64,000 nucleotides of DNA from Phycisphaerae bacterium (GCA_963675745.2 CAXXWX010000001.1:64001-128000); one strand, 5' to 3'. Positions 49,929 to 61,700 are shown, numbered from the stretch's first letter. Made by a program: numbers and translations. Notes: a model not told the origin generated them from the letters alone.

Positions 49929-51736
49929 TTTGTGTTTTCAGGCTTGTCGGGGGGACCAAGGCTGACCAGCGTGTCGCCGGGTTTCGGTGTCTGGTCGGTC
50001 TGCGCCGTGAGTGGCTTAGCGCTGCCGCCGCGGATGACGACCAGCGGCAGTACATCAGCGCCATAGCGCTCCCGGAAGGCATCGAAGTTGAAACTCTCGG
50101 TCAGCGGTGTCGCGCGGATCACCGCGCCGGCGGCCACACGCTGATTCAGCACGCCGAAGGTCTGCTCCGAGCCAAACAGGATCCGCCCGTGCAACTCGTG
50201 TGCAAGCATCGGCTTTCCACCGCGCCCCTTAGCCGGCGCGACCTGATAGACTTCCTTTCGACCAAAGGTGCGTTCGAAGCGACGCACCGCCAGCGCGTTG
50301 ACTTCATCATTGGGGGTCACGGCGAGCGCGCGTCCCAGGCCCTGAAAGTCGAGTTGCTGCTCGAGGAAGTCCACTAGCACGTTGCCCTCGAACGCCGGCA
50401 GGCCGGCCATGCGCGCCGCGCTTGTGTGCGCGCGGTTGGTGTCGATCAACAGCACGCGCAGCCCTTCGCGCTGCAAGACCTCGGCGAGCGAACGTGCCCA
50501 GCGGTGCGCGCCGACGATCAGGAATCCTTGCGGATTCGGATCAGCCACGCCCAGCCGTCGTGCCAGCAATGGTGCGGTCAGCCCGTAGACCGCCACGGTC
50601 GCCACAATCACGAGGAATGCGAGCGGTCCCAGCAGCGCGGCCCGTGGATCATGTTCTTCGAGGCGCAACGCGAACACCGAGGCGATTGCGGCCGCCACGA
50701 TTCCGCGCGGCGCAAGCCAGGAGAGTAATACACGCTCGCGCCAGGCCAGGCCCGTGCCGATGGTCGAGCTGAGCACCGCCAGCGGGCGGATGATCACAAT
50801 CAACACCGCGACGAACAGCAGGCTGCCCCAGCCGAGCTGCGCCAGATCATCGATGGTCAAGCGCGCGCTGAGCAGGATGAACAGCGTCGATATGAGCATC
50901 ACACGCAGGTGCTCTTTGAATTCAATGATATGGCTGACGTTTGCCAGACGCTGGTTCGCCAGCACGACACCCATCACCGTGACCGCAAACAGACCGGACT
51001 CCTCCTGCACCAGATCGGCCGCCGTATAGGCCACTGTAACGAACATGAGCGAGATGGCATTGTGGAGAAAATCGGGAATCCAATGGCGGCGAATGAGCAG
51101 CGCCAGGGCGAGAGCCCCCACGAAACCAAGCGCGCCGCCGAGGACGACCGTCTTCAGCATCCCGACGATCGCGATCGAAGTGACTTCCTGATAGCCGCCG
51201 GCCAGCAGCGATTCAAAAACCAGGACGGCCAGCAGCGCGCCTATTGGATCATTGACGATACCTTCCCACTTGATGATCGAGCCAAGCTGGGCGGTTGGGC
51301 GCAGGAATCGCAACATGGGCATGATCACGGTGGGTCCGCTGACCACCAGCACCGCCCCGATGAGCAACGCCGCGCTCCACTGAAGCCCGATCAGATAGTG
51401 GGCGGCGACGGCTGCCAAGGCCCAGGTTACCAGGATGCCAACCGTGACCAGGCGCAGCACGACGCTGCGCACGTCTTTGATTTCGCGCAAGTCCAGGCTC
51501 AGGCCGCCTTCGTACAGGATCAGCCCGACCGAGAGCGAGACAATCGGCAGCAGGAGGTGGCCGAAGAGAGAATCAGGAGCCAGTTCTCGCGCGTACGTGT
51601 TGGCGGCCAGACCGGCACCGAATCCGAATAGCAGCAGCAACAGGATCGACGGCAGACCGAAACGCCATGCGATCCACTGGGCGCTGACACCCAGCGCGAT
51701 GACGGCGGTCAGGGCTAGCAGCATGTGCTCGGACAA
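49922..51736 (-). CDS. CPA1/NhaP-type cation:proton antiporter with C-terminal TrkA-N-like domain
   Basis: LYEGGL, SGPTVI, WEGIVNDPIG, ESGL, APRGIVAAA; about 12 TM helices; IVGA...LIDTN. Confidence 0.9.
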   Translation of the reverse strand: MSEHMLLALTAVIALGVSAQWIAWRFGLPSILLLLLFGFGAGLAANTYARELAPDSLFGHLLLPIVSLSVGLILYEGGLSLDLREIKDVRSVVLRLVTVGILVTWALAAVAAHYLIGLQWSAALLIGAVLVVSGPTVIMPMLRFLRPTAQLGSIIKWEGIVNDPIGALLAVLVFESLLAGGYQEVTSIAIVGMLKTVVLGGALGFVGALALALLIRRHWIPDFLHNAISLMFVTVAYTAADLVQEESGLFAVTVMGVVLANQRLANVSHIIEFKEHLRVMLISTLFILLSARLTIDDLAQLGWGSLLFVAVLIVIIRPLAVLSSTIGTGLAWRERVLLSWLAPRGIVAAAIASVFALRLEEHDPRAALLGPLAFLVIVATVAVYGLTAPLLARRLGVADPNPQGFLIVGAHRWARSLAEVLQREGLRVLLIDTNRAHTSAARMAGLPAFEGNVLVDFLEQQLDFQGLGRALAVTPNDEVNALAVRRFERTFGRKEVYQVAPAKGRGGKPMLAHELHGRILFGSEQTFGVLNQRVAAGAVIRATPLTESFNFDAFRERYGADVLPLVVIRGGSAKPLTAQTDQTPKPGDTLVSLGPPDKPENTNP

Positions 51737-51819
51737 ACACGGCTCCTTCGGCGATTGGCCCCCATATTCTGGTCAACGGTGGTGCATGCCGCAACGGGGC
51801 CGGGTGAAGTGGCGCGGTG

Positions 51820-52986
51820 CTATTCGGTCCCCAGCGCCTCCGCCAGCCGTGCGCTTATGTCCGGTTGATCGGATGCAACCGCGAGCGAGCGCCGCCAGGC
51901 GCTGATCGCCGCTTGTTGCAGATCATCACGCGCCGGATCGCGCTGATACAGGGACCAAGACAACGCCGCGAGCAGGTTCAGCGCCGGCGTGTGCCTGGGC
52001 CGCGCTTTGACGACACTGGCCGCCAGCTCGCGCGCCTCTACCAGCCGGCCCAGGTGCCGTAGCGCCAGGGCCTGATTGAGGACCAGGTCCAGGTCGTCTG
52101 GCGCAAGCGCGGCGGCCGCGGCGAAGTCGGTCGCGGCCGCCTCCCAGTCGCCCAGATCGGCGCTGACTTCGGCGCGATGGGCATGTGCGTCGATGTCCGT
52201 GGGCCGGAGTGCGATCACCTGATCCCAGGCATTGCGCGCCGCCGCCAGACGCCCAAGAACCTGCCGGCAGACGGCGAGATTGTGCCAGGCATCGACACGC
52301 TGCGGGTCCAGCTTGACGACCGTATCAAGCGCGTCGGCCGCGCTGCCCCAGCGCTGTGAACGCATCAACGCACCGGCGAGGCGAAAACGCGCGGCCACAC
52401 TCTCGGGCTCAAGCGCGCACAGCCGTTCCAGCAGGTCGGCGGCTTCCGACCAGCGCTTGAGCCCATCAAGCGCCTCGACGGCATCACGCAGCGCCGCGGA
52501 GTTGTAAGGCTCCGTGGCGAGCGTCCGTTTGGCGATGTCGAGTTGCCGCTCCAGCCGTAGTTGGTTTGCATCACTCGTCCAGTGAACCGGCGTAGGGTCT
52601 GGCTCGGAGGGCGGCTCGCGGGAAACTTCCACGTCTTGAGACGGCGTCGTAGCAGGACTCGACGGATTCCCCGCCGGGTGCCCCGCGGCTTGCCGTGGGG
52701 GACGGGCTTGGGACACTTGTTGCTCTTGAGAGTCGTGAGAGTCAGTCCCCCACCCCAAGGAGTGGGGCACCCGCCGAGGGTCCGTTTGCGGGGCTTGAGT
52801 CGCCACAGGGGCTCGACCAACAGCAACGTCAGCCGCTGCGGTGTCGGGCGCAGGTGCCGATGTGGGCGCCGCCGGTGCTTGCGGCCGCGTGCGCAAGGCT
52901 GTCCATACCTGCCAGCCGGCCAATACGGCCATCAGCACGCATGCCCCGACGACGGCTGCTATCAGCCTCATACTCGGTCCATCCAC
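51820..52986 (-). CDS. Membrane-anchored TPR protein with long Pro/Gln-rich linker
   Basis: N-terminal TM helix; repeated TPR patterns (AWHNLA, A...P). Confidence 0.8.
   Translation of the reverse strand: MDGPSMRLIAAVVGACVLMAVLAGWQVWTALRTRPQAPAAPTSAPAPDTAAADVAVGRAPVATQAPQTDPRRVPHSLGWGTDSHDSQEQQVSQARPPRQAAGHPAGNPSSPATTPSQDVEVSREPPSEPDPTPVHWTSDANQLRLERQLDIAKRTLATEPYNSAALRDAVEALDGLKRWSEAADLLERLCALEPESVAARFRLAGALMRSQRWGSAADALDTVVKLDPQRVDAWHNLAVCRQVLGRLAAARNAWDQVIALRPTDIDAHAHRAEVSADLGDWEAAATDFAAAAALAPDDLDLVLNQALALRHLGRLVEARELAASVVKARPRHTPALNLLAALSWSLYQRDPARDDLQQAAISAWRRSLAVASDQPDISARLAEALGTE
52675..52773. repeat. Inverted REP doublet (REPIN-like) inside the TPR CDS
   Basis: cgggtgccccgcggcttgccgtgggggac ... 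gtcccccaccccaaggagtggggcacccg; right copy matches 45264-45295 at 29/32. Confidence 0.75.
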
Positions 52987-53023
52987 ATACCTGCCAAAGC
53001 ACGCCCCGGTTCCGCGTGGGCAC

Positions 53024-55777
53024 TCACGTTACGTGCAGTGCCTCAACCACATTCGTACGCGCCGCGCGCCGGGCGGGAAGCATGCCGGCGAGCACACATA
53101 GTCCCACGGTCAACACGACCGACCACGCCAGGAATCCCCACGGCAAGTGCAGCGCGATCGAGAATCCCCACATGCGTTCGGTCAGGAGTGTGGTATTCGC
53201 CGCCAGGTGCAAGCCCAGCCCGATGCCCAACGCGCTGCCGATCAGTCCCAGCACGAGTGCTTCGCCGATTACCAGCCGCAGAATCTGTCCGCGCGTGGCA
53301 CCGATCGCCCGCAACATGGCGAGCTGTTTGGCCCGACTGGTAACGTTGGCGGTCATCAGATTCGCCACACCCAACGCCGCAACTATCAAGGCCATGGACG
53401 GCACCATCGTGAGTAGACGCGTCACGTTGGTGAGTTGGCTGTCGATTTCATCCTTCAGTTCGGCGACGGTGCCGTAGTTGGCATACGGCGAGCCGAGCGC
53501 GACGGCAATCTCGTGCAGCTTGTCGCGCTCGCGGAAGCGCATCCAGCGGCGTTCAATGGGGATGTTGCGATCGTAATAGGCCTCGTCGTAGCGAACGCTG
53601 AGGTACTCCCAATTCTCCTGCGCGGGCGGCCACCCATCCGGCACGGGTTCCGGCGGCAGGTCGAAGTTCGCCAGCAGGATACGCCGACCTGTCAGGTTGA
53701 ACAGCGCCTCCATGTCCGCGTTGGTCCCGATGACCGACCCGGACGCGACGACCTGCATCTGCGAATTCAACTCGAAGTAGTTGGCCGCGATGTCGAGGGC
53801 CGGCGATGTCACCACCGCGGCGATTTTGAACTTAAACGGCCGATTGGCGAAATACACAGTGATCTCGTCGCCCAGATGCTTGTCGCGCGAACGGGCAAAA
53901 TCATCGGCCACCAGTACGTGGCGGCCGCGCTCCAGCAAGGTTTCGGCGGCGGAGCGCTCGCCCTCCACAAAGGTGGCCTGGACGAGATCGAGAAACTGGT
54001 GCGGCTCGATTCCAAGAAACCACGTGAGGCCGATCTGATACTTCTGGAGCATGGGGGGACGTTCGATCACGCTCACATTGACCGCGTTACAAGTCGTGAA
54101 CGATTCGATCCCGGAGATGCCCGCTATTACTTCGTCGCAATCATCCGGGCCCGGGCGCATCTGGTCGATACTCCAGATGAATGCCGCCGGGAACTTCTTC
54201 GGAAACTGCCATCCCCCCTTGAAGCTCTCGCTGAACACCATCAGGCCGACGATCAACGACAGGCCGACCATGAGTCCGCAGGCGATTCCGGTCGAGCGCC
54301 AGACGGCGTGTCCTACCTGGTCCTGCAGCAGCCGCGTACGCACCACCAGCACACGTGCGGCCAGCACAACGGCCAACGAACCGATGATCCAAACCACCAG
54401 CGGTGCCGCGCACGCGTATGCCAGGTAGAGCAGCACGATCGCCAGCGACGCGCTGTGCACGAAGTTCGGCGAGCGCATGACCCAGAACTCCAGCACGTGT
54501 CCCTGGGCGAGGATCAGTGCGAGGGCCAGGGCAAACGCCGCCCACAACCAGACGGTTCGCGGTTTGCGGGCGCGCGGGTGCGCGGCCTCGAGTGGCGAAA
54601 CGGTCAGGGCGGCAAACATCGGCAGCACGGCGGCCACGAGTGTGGTCGCCAGCCCGCCGATCACCGCCAGTAGAATCCCCGCGCTGCTGACTGTGAATCC
54701 ACCCACGTACTGCGGCGCAAGCCAGACGCTGATCAGGGCCATGCCGAGGCCGATCGGCACGCCGGCGATCACGCCGATGGCGCCGAGCGGTGCGACTTCG
54801 AGCCCCACCAGGATAGCAAGCTGCCGGCCGGTTACGCCAACGCAACGCATCAGGCCCAGTTGCGAGATGCGCTCAATCATCCCCATGCTCAGCGTGCTGA
54901 GAATGATGAACAGGGCCGTCAACATCGCGACCGAGCTGAGCAGCGCGAGGACGAGCTCCTGCTGGCTCTGAGCGGCCTTGATCTGTTGCATGCGCCCCGC
55001 CGTGCTGCGCACAGTGGCGGTCTTGCCGGAAAGGCGTTGGCGAATTGTTGCGATAACGTTGCGTTGCGTCTGCCGGATGCCCTCCACGCTGTCGTCCGCC
55101 GAAACAACGTCGATTGATGAGATCAGGTATGGTTCATCGGTGATGGCCTGAAGCGTGCGCAACGGGAGCAGCGCGAGCCCTTTCTGGAATCGGGCGATAC
55201 GCCGGCGCTCCACCAGGCCGACAATGCGCAGCGCGCGCGGGTCTCGGCCACCGTGACGCCAGACGAGTAACACATCGCCGACGCCCACACCGTGCTCGTC
55301 GGCCAGGTCATGCTCCAGCACGCAAGCGTCCTCATCATCGCCGGCGAGCATCTGGCCGGCGGTGATGGGCCAGTCACGCACGTACGGCTCACGTGCTGGG
55401 TCTATTCCATAGAAGTCGACTTTGGGTGTCCACTCGTTCAGGCGCGGGGGATGGGCGGCGTCCGCGGCTTTGATCGGCAGTCCGGGCAAACGCCGGCTCA
55501 TCAGCGGTGCGGCGTGGCGCACACCGTCGGTCTTTTCGATGTCGCGGACCAGCAGGTGTGAGAGCTTGCCCGCGCTGCCGAGGGTTGACTCGACACTGAT
55601 GTGGCTCTTGCCGATGTACTGATTGGCCCAGTCGAGCACGGTCGTGCGGACGGATTCGAACGAGCAGGTGACCCAGACCACGGCACCGGTGCCGAGCGCG
55701 ATGGCCAGTATGGCCCCGCACGTGCGCACCGGGCGCGCTTTCCAGTTCTTGGTGGCCAGTTGCGACCAGTGCTGCAT
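53024..55777 (-). CDS. FtsX/MacB-type ABC permease with duplicated architecture
   Basis: Two ER..(Q/E)L..(M/L)R.(V/I)G.T..Q motifs, two periplasmic domains, C-terminal PARRAAR. Confidence 0.9.
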   Translation of the reverse strand: MQHWSQLATKNWKARPVRTCGAILAIALGTGAVVWVTCSFESVRTTVLDWANQYIGKSHISVESTLGSAGKLSHLLVRDIEKTDGVRHAAPLMSRRLPGLPIKAADAAHPPRLNEWTPKVDFYGIDPAREPYVRDWPITAGQMLAGDDEDACVLEHDLADEHGVGVGDVLLVWRHGGRDPRALRIVGLVERRRIARFQKGLALLPLRTLQAITDEPYLISSIDVVSADDSVEGIRQTQRNVIATIRQRLSGKTATVRSTAGRMQQIKAAQSQQELVLALLSSVAMLTALFIILSTLSMGMIERISQLGLMRCVGVTGRQLAILVGLEVAPLGAIGVIAGVPIGLGMALISVWLAPQYVGGFTVSSAGILLAVIGGLATTLVAAVLPMFAALTVSPLEAAHPRARKPRTVWLWAAFALALALILAQGHVLEFWVMRSPNFVHSASLAIVLLYLAYACAAPLVVWIIGSLAVVLAARVLVVRTRLLQDQVGHAVWRSTGIACGLMVGLSLIVGLMVFSESFKGGWQFPKKFPAAFIWSIDQMRPGPDDCDEVIAGISGIESFTTCNAVNVSVIERPPMLQKYQIGLTWFLGIEPHQFLDLVQATFVEGERSAAETLLERGRHVLVADDFARSRDKHLGDEITVYFANRPFKFKIAAVVTSPALDIAANYFELNSQMQVVASGSVIGTNADMEALFNLTGRRILLANFDLPPEPVPDGWPPAQENWEYLSVRYDEAYYDRNIPIERRWMRFRERDKLHEIAVALGSPYANYGTVAELKDEIDSQLTNVTRLLTMVPSMALIVAALGVANLMTANVTSRAKQLAMLRAIGATRGQILRLVIGEALVLGLIGSALGIGLGLHLAANTTLLTERMWGFSIALHLPWGFLAWSVVLTVGLCVLAGMLPARRAARTNVVEALHVT

Positions 55778-55790
55778 CCGGCCCTCCAGG

Positions 55791-56579
55791 CTAGCCTGCC
55801 AGATCCTGATAGCGCGCGGTAACCGTGGCCACGTCGTCCGGACCGGTCGGCTCGACGCCGCCCACTACGCGGCCGTCCTTGAGAATCACAACGGCACCGG
55901 CGTAGGCGGCGCCATTTGCCTCGTGAGTGACCATCAGGATTGTCTTGCGTTGCTCGTTGGCAACACGCCGCAAGAGGTCCCAGATCTGCGCCGACTGCTT
56001 CGAGTCGAGATTGCCGGTCGGTTCGTCGGCCAGAATGATGGCGGGGTCGTTCAGCAGTGCCCGTGCAATCGCCACGCGCTGTTGCTCACCGCCGGAGAGC
56101 GCGTCGGGGCGATGCTCGGCGCGCGTTTCCAGGTGTACGAGCGCCAGCAGTTCATCAACACGAGATGAGATTCTTCGCAACGGCGTGCCGTCCACGAGCA
56201 TGGGCAGTGCCACATTCTCGCGCGCCGTCAACGTCGGCAGCAGGTTGTAATCCTGAAAGATGATGCCCATGCGGCGACGGCGAAAGATCGTGCGCGTGCG
56301 GTCCGACATGCGCGCGAGGTTTCGGCCTTCGACGACGACCTCGCCGGCGGTCGGCGGTGTCAGCCCGCCGACCAGGTGCAACAGGGTGCTCTTGCCCGAA
56401 CCGCTGGCCCCCATTATCGCGGTGAACGAGCCCGCGGCCACGCGTAGATCCAAACCGTCGAGGGCCACGACGCGCAGACCTGAGGTGTCGTAGACCTTCT
56501 GGACGCCGTTGACCTCGAGGACCACATCGGTCGGCGGCTGACTGTCGGTGGCTGCATTCGCGGCATTCGGTTCAAGCAT
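55791..56579 (-). CDS. ABC transporter ATP-binding protein (LolD/MacB-like)
   Basis: [38 protein letters not shown]. Confidence 0.95.
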   Translation of the reverse strand: MLEPNAANAATDSQPPTDVVLEVNGVQKVYDTSGLRVVALDGLDLRVAAGSFTAIMGASGSGKSTLLHLVGGLTPPTAGEVVVEGRNLARMSDRTRTIFRRRRMGIIFQDYNLLPTLTARENVALPMLVDGTPLRRISSRVDELLALVHLETRAEHRPDALSGGEQQRVAIARALLNDPAIILADEPTGNLDSKQSAQIWDLLRRVANEQRKTILMVTHEANGAAYAGAVVILKDGRVVGGVEPTGPDDVATVTARYQDLAG

Positions 56580-56699
56580 TGGGGCAGTGTATGCCTGGAC
56601 GGCGCCCGGCTCAACGCGCCGCCGTGACCTAGAGAGAGTGCATGCTGGCTAAACACGTCCGACTCTGGGGGGGCGGACGCTACGGGAGAGCATACCACC

Positions 56700-58625
56700 C
56701 TAGCGACCAGTGTTTACGCAAAGCGGGACGAGGGGCGTTGGGGTGCCGCGCTTGGCGTTCATCAGGTCCATGAAGCGGCTCGTGGCGCTGCGGCGACCCT
56801 CCTCCATCGACACAAGCTGAAGCGCGATGGGTTTATCGGAAAGCACGGCAACCTCGGCCCCGGCGCGCAGCGTGGTCGGCGACGCCGCCAGCGACGGGAG
56901 ATCAACGCCACGTTGCAGCGCGGCGCGGTACCACGTGCGCAAGGATTCATCGAGCGTCCAGGCCGACGTCGTCAGAACCGTGGCGGAAGGCATGTATATG
57001 ACCCAGCTCGGCGGCGTGGTGCTGCGCCATTCGGTGCCGGCCAGCAACGTGCCTTGCTCAAAACCAAACCAGGTACCGGTCAGCGGCGCGTCAGAGGCGA
57101 TGATGATGCGCGGATCCTTGAGCCCCGCGGGCGGACCGGGAGCCGCCAGGGCCACGCGCAACACCTGCTCGGGACTGGTCTGCGGCGGGATGATCTTCTG
57201 CAAATACTGATCGGTGTATTCAACCGTGGCCATGCGGGCGGCGTACTGCTCGCGATACACGGCCACGCCGCAATACCGCGGCGCGCTGCCGGGCGTGCTG
57301 CCGCGCAGCTCAAACATCTCGACAAAGAGATAAATGAGCTGGCTTTCGCCTAGCTCGCTCTTCAACTGGGCGATGCTCAGCGGCGCGATGTTCACGCCGA
57401 GCTCGGCGGCCTTGGCTCGCTGGATGCTGGCAAACAGCGCATCGGCGGCGCGCAGGTCGGTCACGTTACCTGCGCTGGAAAGCTGCTGCTCGACGGTTGC
57501 CTGGGCGGCAGCCCGCTCCTGCCGGGAGCGACCGCGAAAGGTCGAGGTGAGCGGCAAGCGTGCGGGTTCGACGTAGCGCCCCGCGGCGGCGCGCGCCGCC
57601 CAGCCGTTCTGCGGGTCAGCGACCGCATCCCAGCCGCGGCCGTCCACAGCACGCACCGCCTGGACCAGCGGCGTCACTTGTGCGGCCAATTGCTGACGCG
57701 CGGTCGAATCCGCCTCGTCACCGGCCGAAAGCAACCGCGCCAAAGCGGACCAGATGCGCAGATTGTCTTGTTCGAGACGATCGGCCATCTGCGACCACGC
57801 CTGCGGCGTGTCGGTGTAAGGTATCGGGCTGGCGGTTGCGGCGCGATCGGTGGCATCAACACCGATGGCACGGTCCAGCAGAGCCGCGGCGATCTGGAAT
57901 GACCAGTCCACCGCCTGGCGCTGCTCGGGCAGACTGATCGGCCCGGCCGGGTTTGATGTCCAGGTTGCGTGCTCGGCGATCAGGTCATTTCGCAGTGCCA
58001 GCAGGCGGGGGAAAGCGGCCAGATCGGGAGAACTTGTCAAGCTCGCCAGGGTTGTCCGCGGTGCATCCCACACCTGCGGATCACGTCGGGGGATCAGCTT
58101 CGCGGTTGGCACGCCGCGCGAAAGCAGCGTGAACTTGACGTACGCTTCGAGATCATAGTAGTTGGCCTGCGCGTCCATCCATTGGCGCAGGGCATCTGGA
58201 TCGGTGATGTCGTCGGTCGCCTGAAGTTGCGCGATGAGCTCGTCGAGCAGAGCCAGCTCGTCACCGCACGCGCTCAACAGCCCCGTCCAGCGCTCTGACG
58301 CGGCCTCGGCCAACTGCTGGGCGGCCGCGCGGCCGTTAGGTTGCTGCCGCGTGTAGCGCACCTGCTCGACCAGCCAACGGGCCTGGTCACACGGTGTCGA
58401 CAGCAGCCGGCTAAGTTCGATTAAATCAGCGGGTGGCAGGAATTCGTCGCCCGCGGCACCGCGCAGCGTCTGCACGATTGCGTTGAGCGCCTCGCGCTCG
58501 GCGGGTTCCTGATACGCGGGTTGATTCGCCTGGGCCACGGCGGGGCCGGCAAATGCGGTCAGCAGCGCCAGGCACACAAGCAGTTGAGCCGATCGCCGAA
58601 GACAGGTTGTACCGGTCGTTAACAC
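56700..58625 (-). CDS. Secreted helical protein with degenerate CHAT-like C-terminal region; start uncertain
   Basis: Signal peptide ending AVA-Q; QRAKAAEL, LSIAQLKSEL, RIIIASDAPL, VIYMPSATVL segments. Confidence 0.6.
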   Translation of the reverse strand: MLTTGTTCLRRSAQLLVCLALLTAFAGPAVAQANQPAYQEPAEREALNAIVQTLRGAAGDEFLPPADLIELSRLLSTPCDQARWLVEQVRYTRQQPNGRAAAQQLAEAASERWTGLLSACGDELALLDELIAQLQATDDITDPDALRQWMDAQANYYDLEAYVKFTLLSRGVPTAKLIPRRDPQVWDAPRTTLASLTSSPDLAAFPRLLALRNDLIAEHATWTSNPAGPISLPEQRQAVDWSFQIAAALLDRAIGVDATDRAATASPIPYTDTPQAWSQMADRLEQDNLRIWSALARLLSAGDEADSTARQQLAAQVTPLVQAVRAVDGRGWDAVADPQNGWAARAAAGRYVEPARLPLTSTFRGRSRQERAAAQATVEQQLSSAGNVTDLRAADALFASIQRAKAAELGVNIAPLSIAQLKSELGESQLIYLFVEMFELRGSTPGSAPRYCGVAVYREQYAARMATVEYTDQYLQKIIPPQTSPEQVLRVALAAPGPPAGLKDPRIIIASDAPLTGTWFGFEQGTLLAGTEWRSTTPPSWVIYMPSATVLTTSAWTLDESLRTWYRAALQRGVDLPSLAASPTTLRAGAEVAVLSDKPIALQLVSMEEGRRSATSRFMDLMNAKRGTPTPLVPLCVNTGR

Positions 58626-58763
58626 GCTAAGCCGCTCGCGGACAACACACACGCAGAACCTCGCGGCGGCACCGCACCACCGCCTCCCGCTTCGCATCCC
58701 GGGAACGCCGTCCAGGTCTCACCGACCGGCGGAGCCGATCGGTGAAACGTGGACAGCTATTGA

Positions 58764-61700
58764 TCAGCGACGACGACGCTCGCTCTGCCGCAGCAGGTGC
58801 AGCCCGACGAGGCAGGCGACGATCACCGGCATCATTGCGAATCCGCAGAACGGAACCGCCGGCGCCGGCTGCGCCTCGGTCGGGCTCTGTGCGAGCGGAT
58901 CGAGCTCGTTGGGCACGCCGTCATTGTCGAGGTCGGCATCACAAGCGTCACCAAGTCCATCGCCGTCATAGTCAAGCTGGTTGGCGTTGCTGGCGGTCGG
59001 GCAGTTGTCAGTCGGAATGAGCTGCTCGGTGGGATCATCGAGCAAATCTAGCCAACCGTTGCCCACGATGGCCCCGTTGGTGTCGCGGATCAGGCGATAG
59101 GTCCCAAACAGCGCCGCGCCCTGATTGGCGCTGCCGGCGCGGGGGTCAAACGGTCCGGCGGTGCCCTGACCGAGGCCGCCGACGTCGTAGCCGTCACTTA
59201 GCGTGCCATCGTTGCTGAAGTCGATGCCGAAGGCTTGCTCCAGGGTGGCCTCGTTGTAGCGTGTGAAGTCCGGGAACCCGTCGCCGTTGGCATCCGGCGC
59301 CTCGAGGACGCCGTCGCCATCCTGGTCGAAGTCCAGCAGCAATCGCTGGAACTCGGCTATGGTGGCGGGGAAGTCGTCGACATTCTCGCCGGCCGCCTGG
59401 AAGTCGGCGCGGAACTGAGTCAGGTCGGCGTCATCAAACACACCGTCGCCGTTGGCATCAAACCCCCAGCGGGCGGGGTTGATCTGCGGCGCGGGATCAG
59501 TCGCGTCCGGCAGGCCGTCCTCATCAGTATCGGCCAGCGTCGGGTCGGTGCGGATACCCGGAATCGGCTTGCTGACCGCCCGGCCGCGCCGGGCGATGAG
59601 ATCGCTCAAGCCGATGCTCTCGGTAACGAGGCTGGCAAAGTCCAGATCGCCGTTGGCATTCAGATCTTCGCCGTCGTTCAGCGCTCCGTCGCCGTTGGCA
59701 TCCTCGGCGAGAATAGCCCAGCGCGCCCAGGTGTTGACCTCATCCCAGTCACTGATGCCATCGCCATCCGTATCGGCGACGCGTGGGTTGGTCATCACGC
59801 GAGTGACATACTGGCTCTGGAAGCGGCCGGAAATGGAATCAGCCGGGAAGCGCGTCAGCGTGAAGCCGTCGCCTTCCTCCTTGTCACTGAGTCCGTCGCC
59901 ATCGGTGTCCCACATGCGCGGGTCGGTTTCGTTGGCATCGACAACGCCATCCCGGTTGACGTCTTCCTCGCCATCGGTCAGACCATCATTGTCGGTATCC
60001 GAATCAGCGGGATTGGTGTTGATCTGCCGTTCGAGCGAATCACTGAGACCGTCGTCATCCGTGTCGATCTCGGTATCGAACGTGCGCGTGTTCTCCGCCG
60101 GAATCTCGGGTGAGCCGGCGTTGTCGGCCGGGAAGACCACACCGGCCGGGATCAGGAAGCCTTCTTCCTCGTCACGCCGGATCAACCCGTCGCCGTCGAT
60201 ATCGGCGTTCGGGTCGGCGGTGGAGTTCGGCGTGGCCGCGATGTTGTTGGTCTCATCCTGCTCGGTCACGGCGGCGCCATCATCGATCTGGGCCTTGAGG
60301 AAGAAGTTGACATCCGCAAACGCCGTCGACGGGATGTTCAGCGTGACCGTGCGTGAGTGAGCACCGACGGTCTTGTCGGCGGCGTCGGTAATGGTGACCG
60401 TCGCAAACTGGACATCACCGGCGAGCGAGTCGATGTCCGAATCCGCCGACACGTAGAAAGCGATGGTGAAGTCCTCGCTGACCTGGTTCTCGTTGACGCT
60501 GTAGTTGATTGTCGCGCTGAAGTCCTCATCAAGCGCCGTGCCGGGGAACGCCAGACGCGTGAGCACCAGATCGACCGTGAAGGCCTCGGCCGTGCTGGCG
60601 ACGTTGTTGGTGACCTCTTCCGACTCGGTCACGAGCCCGACCGGGTCAAGCTCGGCGACAACAACCACATTGCTGGCGGTGGTGATGCCGCGGGACAGGA
60701 ATTCGGTTGGCAGGTCGATGGTCATGGTGTGCGCGCTGGGCGTCACCTGATCGGCGGCGGTCACCGTATCGCGGAGCACATCATCGATCGCGCCGTCGCC
60801 GGTCGTATCCAAGCCGAGCCGCACGGTGAAGCTGGGCACGTCAGCGGGACTGTTGACGACGTAGGTGACCCGGGCGCTCGATGAAGCGCCGCGGATACTC
60901 GCAATCACGAGCTCGACGGCCAGATCAACGTTGAGCGTCCTCGTCGCGAAGTTGTCGGTTTCGATCGTCTCGAGAATCGCGTTGGCGCTGTCGAGCTGCA
61001 CGACAAGCTGGTCGCCGTTGCGGACGATGCCGTTCAGATCCGGCCGTATATCGCCGAGCGAAACCGTATGCACACCAGGCGCCCGCGAACTGGCGTCGTT
61101 GACGTCCACGAATCCAAACTCGGTATCGATCGGCGTGGCATTGTTCGGGTCGCGCTCCAGACCGAACGTGATGCGGAATGGATCGACGGTGGTCGAACCG
61201 GTGACGGTGTATGTGATCGACAAATCCGTGGTTGTGCTGGTCTGTGCCAGCGTGATCGTGGGACCTGAGAGGTCGGTACCCGCGGTGATGCTGAACAAAT
61301 TCGAATTTACGGTGAGCGCTGCGGAGGTGGCGGTCAGCCGATAGCCGCTGCACACCGTATCAACCGTCAGGTTTTCGGTGGCGGTCCACTCCGCCAAGCC
61401 GGCGACGGCATTGATGGTGGCCGTACCGCCAAGCGTGCCGCCACAGCCCGCCGGGTTCACCAGCGTCAGCGCGATGGGGTCGTTGTTACCAACCACGCGG
61501 TTGTTGGAGGCGTCGATGACCTCCACGGAGACCACGAGCGGCGTGCTGATGTCAGAGTTAGAGGGCTGGACAACATAGCGCAGGCCGGTGGCCGCGCCCG
61601 GATCGAAGACGATCGTCGCCTGCTGGGTAATGGTCACGCTATCGGTAGCATCGATCGCGCGGAGGGTAACCGTCTTGGCTTCGGTGGCGGTCACGTCGAA

